Assembly: GCF_000341895.1 (NCBI RefSeq) | Contig: NC_020409.1 | Coordinates: 780,001 to 812,000, forward strand | Direction: 5' to 3' | Length of the DNA: 32,000 nt | Source of the DNA: Pseudodesulfovibrio piezophilus C1TLV30 | GTDB lineage: Bacteria; Desulfobacterota; Desulfovibrionia; Desulfovibrionales; Desulfovibrionaceae | Translations under genes and position numbers: made by a program | Shown: one piece after another, positions 1-8,479 of the stretch | Position numbering within the stretch: the stretch's first letter is position 1 | Layout of the letters: each line of letters begins with the position of its first letter | The notes under the pieces: generated by a model | Told to the model about the DNA's origin: nothing | The model's database searches: none | What the model saw: only the letters and a program-made list of their open reading frames with translations

Positions 1-1015
1 GTGCTGATGTCATGACGATGGGCACATGGGGGATAATTCTTAACTCACGCCGAAATGCATCAAGTGCCTGATTGGTCTCATTGCGGGGCACCAGGTCAGC
101 TTTGTTCACCACAACAATGAACGGAGTTTTCTCCTTAGCGAGAAATTCGATCAGGCGCTTGTCCTGACGCCCCACACCAAGTGTTATATCAATGGTCAGT
201 ATGGTAACATCCGAACGCTTGGAATTTTTAAGAGCACGAATGACACTTATCTTTTCAAGATGATCCTGGATATTTGCACGTCTACGGACGCCTGCAGTGT
301 CCACAAAAGTATATCGCTTGTTCTTCTTCTCAAAAGTAACATCGATAGAATCACGTGTCGTCCCGGCAACATCACTGACAATGAGGCGATCCTGTCCAAT
401 GATGGCATTGATGATTGAAGACTTTCCAGCATTGGGACGTCCCAACATAGTCAGCCTGAGGCCGCGCTCTATGCCGTCATCAACCTCTTCCGGCAGGTTG
501 AGTTCAACGACAAACTGACGAACTCGCTTTCTGACTTCGGACAGATTGTAGCCGTGTGCGGCTGAAACAGGCAGGAGGTCCAACCCCATGATGTGGAAAT
601 CCGAAGTCATGGCAGCAGAAAATTCGCTCCCGTCTACTTTGTTGACCAACATCATAACGGGTTTTCCACTTCTGCGAACATACTCGGCAGCTTGTTGGTC
701 AAGCGGAGTCAGCCCCTCTTTCCCATCTACGACAAAGATAATGGCGTTTGCCTCTTCAATGGCTTCGCGGGCTTGTTCAAAAATTTCATCTTCGAAATCC
801 TTGCTGAGTTCCGGTGTCGCTTCGGATTCGAGTACCATTCCTCCTGTATCAACAAGATCGAACTTGACATCGTTCATTTGGCATTCGCCATAGATACGGT
901 CGCGCGTCACCCCTGGCATGTCATGGGTAATAGCCCGCGACTTCCTGAGTAAACGATTGAATAAAGTGGACTTTCCCACATTGGGGCGTCCGACGAGGGC
1001 GACGATTGGCAGCAT
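1..1015 (-). CDS. der: Ribosome-associated GTPase Der/EngA (partial; the 3' end lies beyond the window start)
   Basis: This ORF is missing from the supplied track because it runs off the window edge. Translation from the ATG at 1015 reads MLPIVALVGRPNVGKSTLFNRLLRKSRAITHDMPGVTRD (first P-loop). A second P-loop, LGRPNAGKSSIINA, is encoded near 400-450. Tandem GTPase domains are diagnostic of Der. GGAG lies 8 nt upstream of the ATG. Confidence 0.95.
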   Translation of the reverse strand, partial: MLPIVALVGRPNVGKSTLFNRLLRKSRAITHDMPGVTRDRIYGECQMNDVKFDLVDTGGMVLESEATPELSKDFEDEIFEQAREAIEEANAIIFVVDGKEGLTPLDQQAAEYVRRSGKPVMMLVNKVDGSEFSAAMTSDFHIMGLDLLPVSAAHGYNLSEVRKRVRQFVVELNLPEEVDDGIERGLRLTMLGRPNAGKSSIINAIIGQDRLIVSDVAGTTRDSIDVTFEKKNKRYTFVDTAGVRRRANIQDHLEKISVIRALKNSKRSDVTILTIDITLGVGRQDKRLIEFLAKEKTPFIVVVNKADLVPRNETNQALDAFRRELRIIPHVPIVMTSA

Positions 1016-1033
1016 GATTTAGGCTCCGGATAG

Positions 1034-1061
1034 ATTGTAGCTTTCGGGTAATGGATGTCAA
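1034..1061 (-). promoter_or_regulatory. Candidate sigma-70 promoter for der (TTGACA-N16-TACAAT)
   Basis: The minus strand reads TTGACA (1056-1061), a 16-nt spacer, then TACAAT (1034-1039). The -35 hexamer overlaps the U-tract of the upstream terminator. The predicted start would fall almost on the der SD, which is a weakness. Confidence 0.35.
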
Positions 1062-1099
1062 AACCCGCGCCTTCTTGATGTACAAGGAAGCGCGGGCTT
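1058..1099 (-). terminator. Rho-independent terminator after the chemoreceptor gene
   Basis: Minus strand: AAGCCCGCGCTTCCTTG / loop TACAT / CAAGAAGGCGCGGGTTTT. The stem is about 17 bp with one mismatch and two G-U pairs, has a GC-rich base and ends in a T-run. It lies 60-100 nt downstream of the stop at 1158. Confidence 0.7.
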
Positions 1100-1157
1100 A
1101 ACCTACCCTAGGTCAAATGTCGAGTCCATTGTTCTTCGGAAGAAAAGAACAAACAGG

Positions 1158-3479
1158 TTATTTCGTCGCCATTTCCTCAATAACCGAGTTCAATCGGGAA
1201 GCCATTGTCGCAACTTCCTGAATTGCCGCAGAAGCCTCTCGCATGATGTTCGACGTTTCCATGGAAATCTCATTGATTTCATCTGTGGCCCTATTGATCT
1301 CCTCACTCGTCGCGGACTGTTCTTCGGCGGCCGTAGCAATAGCACGAACCTGATCCGCCGCATTTTCAACTCTGGCAACGATCTCATGAAGCGCCTTTCC
1401 AGAGTCATTGGCAAGTTCAGTACTACGCGAGACAGACTCGGCGGCTTTCTCGGTAGCCAGTACATTATCCTTAGTCATCGATTGGATACGGACAATGGCA
1501 TTGCCAACTTCACTTGTCGCGGACATGGTTTTCTCCGCCAGCTTACGAACCTCGTCAGCAACAACGGCAAATCCACGTCCGGCTTCGCCTGCGCGAGCGG
1601 CCTCGATAGCAGCATTCAAAGCGAGCAGGTTCGTCTGATCCGCAATATCCGTGATAACCTCAAGAACATTTCCAATTCCCGCAGCCTGCTCACCAAGGTC
1701 TTCCATGGAATTTTTCAAATTTTCAGCCTGCCGTTGAACGTCGCCAACAGCTTCAATAACCTGACTGACTATCCTTTCACCATTCTGGGCATTCTCCTTG
1801 GCCTGATCCGCATCCTCGGCAGCCATGCTGGCATTTTGCGCAACCTCAAGAACGGTCACATTCATCTCTTCCATGGCTGTAGCCGTTTCAGCAGCACGAG
1901 ACCGCTGCGTTTCTGAACCTCGGTTGGCTTCATCGATTTGTGTGGACAATTCTTCAGAAGCACTGGATAAAGCCTGAGAAATATCCTCGGCCTCATTCGC
2001 CGCTTTCGAGATCCGTTCATTCTGCTTTTCTATCAACTTCTGCTGAGTTCGAATCTCAGTGACATCAACCCAGAGAGTCAATGCTCCGAGCATCTGTCCA
2101 TCCATGTCATAAAAAGGCGTTGTCGTGACTTGGATATTTTTGTGATGCCCCTTGAAACTCGTGTATTCGATTTCAAGATGGAGTTGCTCCCGTTGCTGAA
2201 GAGCCTTGCTGGACAAGGTTTCACGATCAGGTTCATCATAGTGGAATGCCCCTGCCGTATGCCCAATAAAGTCTTTGGGGTTTCCATCACGTTCAATCAG
2301 GTCGAGAATCTGCTGATTGACCCAGAGAATCTTATGATCAGGTCCAATCAGACTGCATGGAAGAGTCAGCCCATTGAGAACACCTTCGGAAAAACCAAGC
2401 TTTGTCTTGAGTTCATTGACCATGACCTCGATTTGCTGGGCAAGAACCTTTAACTCAAAATGGTACTTTCCTTTCAATTGCGCATGGAGATCGCCTTCAG
2501 CAATAAGGCTTGCATAATCGAGTAATCCCTTGACAGGTTGTGTGACCAACCTCCGGATAAAAAAGACGACAACCATCGTCAACAGTATGGCAACCAGCAG
2601 GCCACCGACGGAAAGAGTGTTGCGCTGTTCATTGGCTGCTGCGGACATATCGTCTTCATATGCGCTCATGACGATAGTCCAGCCCATTTTTTCAAGAGTC
2701 TTGAATTGCATGTATTTCAAACGGCCTTCCCATTCATAAAAGACACTGCCTTCTTTCTTCTCAAGGGCCGTTCTTACAAAGCTCATATTGCTCAAATCCT
2801 TGAGCATCAAATCTTTATTCACTGCATGAGCAATCATCCGTCCATTTTCGTCAAGAATGTACCCATAGCCGTGTTCTGCAACCCGAAAAGGGTCCAAAAA
2901 TTTTGCGGTGAATTTTTCCCATTTGGGGAAAATCCCAACACCGCCGAGGATCTGCCCATCACGATCACGGACAACACAAGCAGAAGCAAAAATATAGATC
3001 CCCCCCCCACTTTTAGAGATGAGGATTTCATTGGAAAGATATGCATCAGACTGACCGCTCAAAACAGCCTTGACATATCCACGGCTGCTTCGATCCGCCC
3101 CGGCAAGATTGACTCCTTTGGCGTTATATCCAGCGACGACCTGACCTTGCTTATCGAAAACAAAGGCAGCCCAATAATCATCCGAATATTCAAGCAGATC
3201 TTTGAACAGCCAATCGGCTTCTTCAGTGCCCAATCCTTTCAAAGCATCATGCACGTTCTGTTGAGACGCCAACATCCGTGTCATGTCCCCTGTATGTTTA
3301 ATGTACACATCAAGGGCAGCCATGGTCTGATTCACTACATTATCCATTGCCACTTTTTCTTCACCGAACAGCTTTTCGTGCGTGCTTCCACTGACCCAAA
3401 AAACTCCGGCTGCAACAGTCACAATGATAACTGTAGCTATCAACACCGTAATGACAGTATTGATGCTTTTTATCCGCAT
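1158..3479 (-). CDS. Methyl-accepting chemotaxis protein (TM, periplasmic Cache-like domain, TM, HAMP, PAS, MCP signalling domain)
   Basis: The C-terminal half carries the canonical MCP hairpin sequence ([32 protein letters not shown]). The N-terminus has a TM helix ([24 protein letters not shown]) and a second TM ([20 protein letters not shown]) flanking a segment of about 260 aa. A PAS-like segment follows the HAMP domain. I moved the start to the ATG at 3479 (MRIKSINT...), which is preceded by AAGAGGAG; the track's start at 3539 has no SD. Confidence 0.9.
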   Translation of the reverse strand: MRIKSINTVITVLIATVIIVTVAAGVFWVSGSTHEKLFGEEKVAMDNVVNQTMAALDVYIKHTGDMTRMLASQQNVHDALKGLGTEEADWLFKDLLEYSDDYWAAFVFDKQGQVVAGYNAKGVNLAGADRSSRGYVKAVLSGQSDAYLSNEILISKSGGGIYIFASACVVRDRDGQILGGVGIFPKWEKFTAKFLDPFRVAEHGYGYILDENGRMIAHAVNKDLMLKDLSNMSFVRTALEKKEGSVFYEWEGRLKYMQFKTLEKMGWTIVMSAYEDDMSAAANEQRNTLSVGGLLVAILLTMVVVFFIRRLVTQPVKGLLDYASLIAEGDLHAQLKGKYHFELKVLAQQIEVMVNELKTKLGFSEGVLNGLTLPCSLIGPDHKILWVNQQILDLIERDGNPKDFIGHTAGAFHYDEPDRETLSSKALQQREQLHLEIEYTSFKGHHKNIQVTTTPFYDMDGQMLGALTLWVDVTEIRTQQKLIEKQNERISKAANEAEDISQALSSASEELSTQIDEANRGSETQRSRAAETATAMEEMNVTVLEVAQNASMAAEDADQAKENAQNGERIVSQVIEAVGDVQRQAENLKNSMEDLGEQAAGIGNVLEVITDIADQTNLLALNAAIEAARAGEAGRGFAVVADEVRKLAEKTMSATSEVGNAIVRIQSMTKDNVLATEKAAESVSRSTELANDSGKALHEIVARVENAADQVRAIATAAEEQSATSEEINRATDEINEISMETSNIMREASAAIQEVATMASRLNSVIEEMATK

Positions 3480-3692
3480 AATGAACTCCTCTTTGTAGCC
3501 AGTTTGAAGAAAGGCACTCACTCCAGACCAGTATCTCATGCTCTGGCCGAATTCTGATTGAGGATCAATTATAACCTATAATAATTGATTTTACCAGCAG
3601 CGGAACACAAATCTGTCTTCATCATGTCATTTGAACCATAATACAATAAAGACAAAAGCACAGGGATAAATACCACCTGAAGTTTCTGGTTC

Positions 3693-3752
3693 CGTGAAAA
3701 AGGAAAAGCCCAAGATCGACAAGATGTTCTTACATCCTCAAACATGGGCTTT
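3693..3752 (-). terminator. Second hairpin plus T-rich tail downstream of mtnA
   Basis: Minus strand: AAAGCCCA (3745-3752) pairs with TGGGCTTT (3705-3712). An inner GATGT/ACATC stem sits inside the loop, and TCCTTTTTCAC follows. Confidence 0.4.
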
Positions 3753-3759
3753 GAAACAA

Positions 3760-3782
3760 TTGTGAAATCGGGGAGCCCCGAT
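3760..3782 (-). terminator. Hairpin immediately after the mtnA stop
   Basis: A perfect palindrome, ATCGGGGCTCCCCGAT (3767-3782), starts 9 nt after the stop and is followed by TTTCACAATTGTTTC on the minus strand. Confidence 0.5.
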
Positions 3783-3790
3783 AACGTCAA

Positions 3791-4834
3791 TTAATCTGCG
3801 GAGAAGAGTTTTTTGATCGATTCATTATACGGAGGATACAACACGCCTTCTTCCGTAATAATACCTGCAATCAGTTCATTTGGAGTCGGATCAAATGCAA
3901 GATTGTAAACCTCTACACCTTCCGGAGGAATGCGATGATCACCGATATGAGTCACTTCCATAGGATCGCGGTCTTCAATGGGAACATCCTCACCAGTCGG
4001 AGTTTCTATATCAATAGTATACTTGGGGGCAGCCACATAGAATGGGATATTGAATCGGTCTGCCAAAATAGCCACACCAAACGTCCCAATCTTATTGACC
4101 GCATCGCCATTGGCGGTGATTCGATCAGCCCCTACGACCACTTTGTCCACCAGACCACGCTTCATCAACAAGGCACAAGCATTGTCACAAGCGACTTTGA
4201 CAGGAATACCATCCTTATGCAGTTCATAGGCTGTCAACCTAGCACCTTGAAGGAAAGGCCGCGTTTCGTTGGCAATAACTGAGACTTTCTTGCCCTGATC
4301 AATAGCACCACGTACAACTCCAAGAGCGGTTCCATACCCTGCCGTGGCCAGTGCTCCTGCATTGCAATGAGTCATGATGGTGTCACCATCATCCATCAAA
4401 GCTCCGCCAAATTTCCCTATCAACTCACACATTGCAATATCGCCAATGTGAATCTCTTTGGCGCGTTCGAGCCAGAGAGGTAATAAATCCTCAAGCGTAA
4501 TATTTCCAGCTTCATTCCAAATACGCTGCATTTCTCGCACAGCCCAACGCAAGTTCACAGCCGTGGGGCGCGCATCATGAATCTGTCCAAGCTTGCTCTG
4601 CAGAAACTCTTTCCAGTCTCCATCCATCCCCTGCACTTCACGACCGGCCAAGTAGCAACCATACGCAGCTGTGACCCCAATAGCAGGTGCTCCACGGACC
4701 ACCATCACGACCAAGGCGTAGCAAATATCCTCAGTTGTCTGACACTCGAACCATTCTTCCCGATTGGGCAGGTAGCGTTGATCGAGCAGAATTAGTGCAT
4801 CTTTTTCAGCAGAATATTGTATGTGTTCGGTCAT
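3791..4834 (-). CDS. mtnA: S-methyl-5-thioribose-1-phosphate isomerase (eIF-2B alpha/beta/delta-like family)
   Basis: 347 aa. The N-terminus [18 protein letters not shown]...[14 protein letters not shown] and the later [17 protein letters not shown] and [10 protein letters not shown] motifs are typical of MtnA. GGAG lies 9 nt upstream of the ATG. Confidence 0.9.
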   Translation of the reverse strand: MTEHIQYSAEKDALILLDQRYLPNREEWFECQTTEDICYALVVMVVRGAPAIGVTAAYGCYLAGREVQGMDGDWKEFLQSKLGQIHDARPTAVNLRWAVREMQRIWNEAGNITLEDLLPLWLERAKEIHIGDIAMCELIGKFGGALMDDGDTIMTHCNAGALATAGYGTALGVVRGAIDQGKKVSVIANETRPFLQGARLTAYELHKDGIPVKVACDNACALLMKRGLVDKVVVGADRITANGDAVNKIGTFGVAILADRFNIPFYVAAPKYTIDIETPTGEDVPIEDRDPMEVTHIGDHRIPPEGVEVYNLAFDPTPNELIAGIITEEGVLYPPYNESIKKLFSAD

Positions 4835-4858
4835 GAATCAATCTCCGGTAGTTCTTTG

Positions 4859-4898
4859 AAACCCCGAAGCCACCTCTCTCGAGTGGTCTCCGGGGTTT
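4859..4898 (-). terminator. Strong hairpin between gatB and mtnA (gatB terminator and/or mtnA leader stem)
   Basis: AAACCCCG (4859-4866) pairs with CGGGGTTT (4891-4898), with an inner GCCAC/GTGGT helix. On the minus strand it is followed by TTTCAAAG and then the mtnA SD. Confidence 0.5.
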
Positions 4899-5006
4899 AC
4901 TGAGTTCTCATTATAAACCATTTCGAGTGATCATCGGCGACGGCGGCGTTCCCGTTATGACCTCAATACCATCCATTCAGAAGTCCACAGGACTCCCTTG
5001 CTCTTG

Positions 5007-6440
5007 CTACGAAAGCTTTTCCTGAAATAATTTAGTCACGACACCAGGGTTTGCCTGTCCCTTGGAAAGCCTCATAACCTGCCCCATAAAAAAGCCCATG
5101 AGCTTCGTCTTGCCAGCCTTGTAGGCTTCCACTTCCTTGGGGCTATCAGCGATAACCTGATCCACCATGGCTTCCAATTCACCGGAATCGGACATCTGTG
5201 CAAGCCCCTTGGCCTTGACAAATTCAGTAGGAGAATCCCCGGATTCACATAAATCACGGAAGATATCCTTACCGATCTTGACCGAAATGGTTCCATCATC
5301 CACTAAGTGAAGCAATTCACCCAACCTGGTAGGAGTGAGCATGCAATCACACGCCAAAGTCTCTGTATCATGGCAAAAAGGTAACAATTCACCAACGACC
5401 CAATTCGTCACTTTTTTGGCCTCACCGCCATACGCCCTGGACGCTGCTTCATAATATTCAGCAATGACCAACTCACTCGTCAGCAGAGCTGCATCATAGT
5501 CCGCAATCTTGTATTCTTCCATAAAGCGAGCTCGCTTGGCACTTGGTAACTCAGGAAGTTCCTCCTGCCACTTCTTCACCCATGTACTTTCAAGAATCAA
5601 TGGGACGAGGTCCGGGTCCGGGAAATATCGATAGTCGTGGGCTTCCTCTTTGCTCCGCATTGAATGCGTAGTGCCTTTGTCCGCATTATACAAACGAGTT
5701 TCCTGGACAACTTCATCGCCATCTTCAATGACATCTATCTGGCGCTCCACCTCATACTCGATGGCTTTCAGAATATGTTTAAACGAGTTAAGATTTTTCA
5801 ACTCCGCACGGGTTCCAAACTCTTCCTGCCCATAGGGACGAATGGAAATATTGGCATCACAACGAAAGCTGCCTTCCTCCAGGTTCCCATCACATATGCC
5901 AAGATACAGCAGGACGGAACGAATTTCCTTGAGATACGCTACTGCTTCTTCTGCCGAGCGCATATCCGGCTCGGATACAATTTCGATCAAAGGGACGCCC
6001 GTACGATTCAAATCCACAAAACTGGCATTGTCAGCGGCAGAGTGAATATTCTTTCCTGCATCTTCTTCCATATGAATGCGAGTCAGCCCAATCCTCTTTT
6101 TCTCACCATCAACTTCGATATCGACATGTCCATGCTCACAAATAGGAAGCTCAAACTGAGATATCTGATAGCCTTTTGGTAAATCCGGATAAAAATAATT
6201 CTTACGGGCAAAGACTGACTTGAGATTAATCTCACAATTGGTCGCAAGTCCCATCTTGGTTGCAAACTCCGCAACTTTTTCATTAAGCACAGGCAGAACA
6301 CCGGGCATACCGGAACAAACAGGGCACACGTTCTCATTCGGATCAACGCCGAATTTTGTGGAACAGGAACAGAATATTTTGGTCTGCGTCTTGAGCTGAG
6401 CGTGGACTTCCAGTCCAATAACGGTTTCGTAGCGAGACAT
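5007..6440 (-). CDS. gatB: Asp-tRNA(Asn)/Glu-tRNA(Gln) amidotransferase subunit B
   Basis: 477 aa. [28 protein letters not shown]...[19 protein letters not shown] is the textbook GatB N-terminus, and a YqeY-like C-terminal tail is present. Confidence 0.97.
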   Translation of the reverse strand: MSRYETVIGLEVHAQLKTQTKIFCSCSTKFGVDPNENVCPVCSGMPGVLPVLNEKVAEFATKMGLATNCEINLKSVFARKNYFYPDLPKGYQISQFELPICEHGHVDIEVDGEKKRIGLTRIHMEEDAGKNIHSAADNASFVDLNRTGVPLIEIVSEPDMRSAEEAVAYLKEIRSVLLYLGICDGNLEEGSFRCDANISIRPYGQEEFGTRAELKNLNSFKHILKAIEYEVERQIDVIEDGDEVVQETRLYNADKGTTHSMRSKEEAHDYRYFPDPDLVPLILESTWVKKWQEELPELPSAKRARFMEEYKIADYDAALLTSELVIAEYYEAASRAYGGEAKKVTNWVVGELLPFCHDTETLACDCMLTPTRLGELLHLVDDGTISVKIGKDIFRDLCESGDSPTEFVKAKGLAQMSDSGELEAMVDQVIADSPKEVEAYKAGKTKLMGFFMGQVMRLSKGQANPGVVTKLFQEKLS

Positions 6441-6458
6441 GGGCTCTCTCCTCCCAAT

Positions 6459-7109
6459 CTATTTTTGGTTAGCGTAGAGTTCTGGGTTCAGACTTGGATC
6501 GTTGTACATCTTGAACTGAAAATAGACCTTGGGTTTTTTGCTGCCCACAGCATACTCATCAATCAGTTCCAGCACAGCGCGTTCGAGGTCCTCATGCTGC
6601 TGTTGCAAAGTCATCACTTTGACACTGCACTGCTCAACATGCTTTTCGTCAACATCCTTTCGCCCGCACTGCTCTTTCATATGATATATCTTGAGAGCTT
6701 GAATGGACAAACGGTCCAATGCAGCACCGACTGTCTCCGTATTGAAACGATTCTCGCCTTCAACGGGCAACAGGGGATTCAACATACCAATCAAACATTC
6801 GTCCACCCGCTCAATCAGGTCATTTCGTTTTTGATTCAATTTATCAATGGCATACTTGCAGTCTGCTATTATTTGTGCATTGACGTCCTTACGACGCGCA
6901 CGGTCCTCGACATGCCAGAGCTTGAAATTGGTCCAATGCTGACGGCCGACGAGCTCTCGAAAACCGGCTACTCCGGTTAGATGAGCCGCAGGCTCGCCCT
7001 CATCGTCATATACAGGTTCGCCAAAATGCCAATCCGTTACAGACCGAGTCTGGTGTGCAAGAGCGTCACGGATGCTTTCCTTAATCGTCTCAAATGTCAT
7101 ATCAGCCAT
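6459..7109 (-). CDS. Conserved hypothetical protein, possibly DUF4254 family
   Basis: The 216-aa ORF is in line with its neighbours. Its start overlaps the mltA stop by 8 nt, and its stop lies 18 nt before the gatB start. The family assignment rests only on my recollection of the W-H-x-E-D-x-A-R-R type core (QHWTNFKLWHVEDRARR) and on size. Confidence 0.7.
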   Translation of the reverse strand: MADMTFETIKESIRDALAHQTRSVTDWHFGEPVYDDEGEPAAHLTGVAGFRELVGRQHWTNFKLWHVEDRARRKDVNAQIIADCKYAIDKLNQKRNDLIERVDECLIGMLNPLLPVEGENRFNTETVGAALDRLSIQALKIYHMKEQCGRKDVDEKHVEQCSVKVMTLQQQHEDLERAVLELIDEYAVGSKKPKVYFQFKMYNDPSLNPELYANQK

Positions 7110-8457
7110 TGATAAGTGCTTCTTTGCTTATGAGGAGGTACACGGTGGCCTCGGTCATTATGTTATTGGCGACGGGTTCCACCTCGTTCCCTTCGCCTAT
7201 ATAATAGTCAAGCCGAGAACCACGAATAGCAGTTCCCGTATCCTGGGCAAGCCCAATGCCCGCCACTCGTCGCTTGCCGACCGCTCTGCCATTCTCGGCA
7301 TGGGGAATCTCCGCTTCAAATGCAAGCAGGCTCCCAAGCGGCAGGAGTTTTCGGTCTGTAGCCAGTGAGACCATCGGCGTCAACGGCTTTCCGATTGTCC
7401 CTTCTGGCGGAGAATTCTCAAGTCGGAAAAAAACATAGCTCCTATTCTCAGCCATCAACTCAAACATTTTATCAGGATGTTTTGCAAAGTATTGCCGAAC
7501 ATACTGTTTTGAAAGTTGTCCTTTCGGCAACAATCCCTTGGAAAAAAGTATGCGTCCCAAACTACGAAAACCGTGGCCGTTCTTCGCTCCATACAAGACA
7601 TTACGGGACGTGCCATCCGGCAAACGAAGGCGTCCGCACCCTTCCACCTGCATATAAAAGACATCTATCGGATCTTTGGCCCACGCGATTTCAAGCCTTC
7701 GCCCATCCAAGACATGCTGAATATCAACGTCACCACGCTCATAATATGGTCGAACCCGACCATTTTCAAGACGATAGAATCGATCACGACCTCGCACCTT
7801 TCCATAACGCAGGTCACCAGGTACACCATAAATGGGAAAATCATAGCCTGGCCGACGAGTCAGGCTTGCCGGAATTTCTGGCGTATAATAGCCGGTCATC
7901 AGGGGCTTCTTATTCATTCCAAACCATACGAAACGATTCGCCAACAACTCGGGCTGCTCATCCAGGAGAGGAAGCAACTCTATGAATTCTTCCAGACTCC
8001 GTACGACTTGCGCCCATGTCAGTGACATGCCCGGTCGCTCCAGAGCGAGCTTGTCCTGCGGCATGTTCAATGCATACTCCAAGCTGCGCTGCACCGGGCT
8101 GGACAATGCCATCCAGGAATCCAATCCTTGACTTTTAAGATCAATCTTAACCGTATTTTCAAGCCCCTCGGCATTATTCAACGGAAAAAACAAATCACAG
8201 GCCGGGAGTACCGCTGGCTCCCGGACAGTTCGCAAGGTCAAGCCCTTGGTCACCCCCGGTTGGCAAAGTCCGACAGAAAAAGAAGGCTTCTCTACCAACG
8301 GAGCATTGGAGACTTGGGGACGTTCAACAGGCAAAGGTTCCTGTTTTTCCAGAAGTGCCTTGCCCCTGATGCAGGCAACCATCCCACCCAATATAAAAAC
8401 GAGCAGACAACCCCGTACCAGGTATCCGGGAGTACTCTTGATAAAATCAGCTTTCAT
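7102..8457 (-). CDS. mltA: Membrane-bound lytic murein transglycosylase A (probable lipoprotein)
   Basis: Contains MltA-type segments (MTGYYTPEIPASLTRRPGYDFPIYGVPGDL) and a C-terminal 3D domain (GLAQDTGTAIRGSRLDYYIGEG). I placed the start at the ATG at 8457 (MKADFIKST...LVFILGGMVAC, signal peptide with a lipobox-like VAC). This removes a 63-aa extension that would overlap the upstream gene. Confidence 0.85.
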   Translation of the reverse strand: MKADFIKSTPGYLVRGCLLVFILGGMVACIRGKALLEKQEPLPVERPQVSNAPLVEKPSFSVGLCQPGVTKGLTLRTVREPAVLPACDLFFPLNNAEGLENTVKIDLKSQGLDSWMALSSPVQRSLEYALNMPQDKLALERPGMSLTWAQVVRSLEEFIELLPLLDEQPELLANRFVWFGMNKKPLMTGYYTPEIPASLTRRPGYDFPIYGVPGDLRYGKVRGRDRFYRLENGRVRPYYERGDVDIQHVLDGRRLEIAWAKDPIDVFYMQVEGCGRLRLPDGTSRNVLYGAKNGHGFRSLGRILFSKGLLPKGQLSKQYVRQYFAKHPDKMFELMAENRSYVFFRLENSPPEGTIGKPLTPMVSLATDRKLLPLGSLLAFEAEIPHAENGRAVGKRRVAGIGLAQDTGTAIRGSRLDYYIGEGNEVEPVANNIMTEATVYLLISKEALING

Positions 8458-8479
8458 TCCAGCCCAAATAACATTCCCG

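Noticed and set aside
2538-3557. 339-aa plus-strand ORF antisense to the chemoreceptor gene
   Set aside because: It lies entirely inside a well-supported MCP gene on the other strand. It has no SD, its sequence is low-complexity and odd (rich in F/I/H/C), and I recognise no motif. This is typical shadow-ORF behaviour.
3569-3790. 73-aa ORF in the mtnA-MCP intergenic region
   Set aside because: It has no ribosome-binding site. Its start abuts the mtnA stop, it runs through two terminator-like hairpins, and its sequence is not protein-like.
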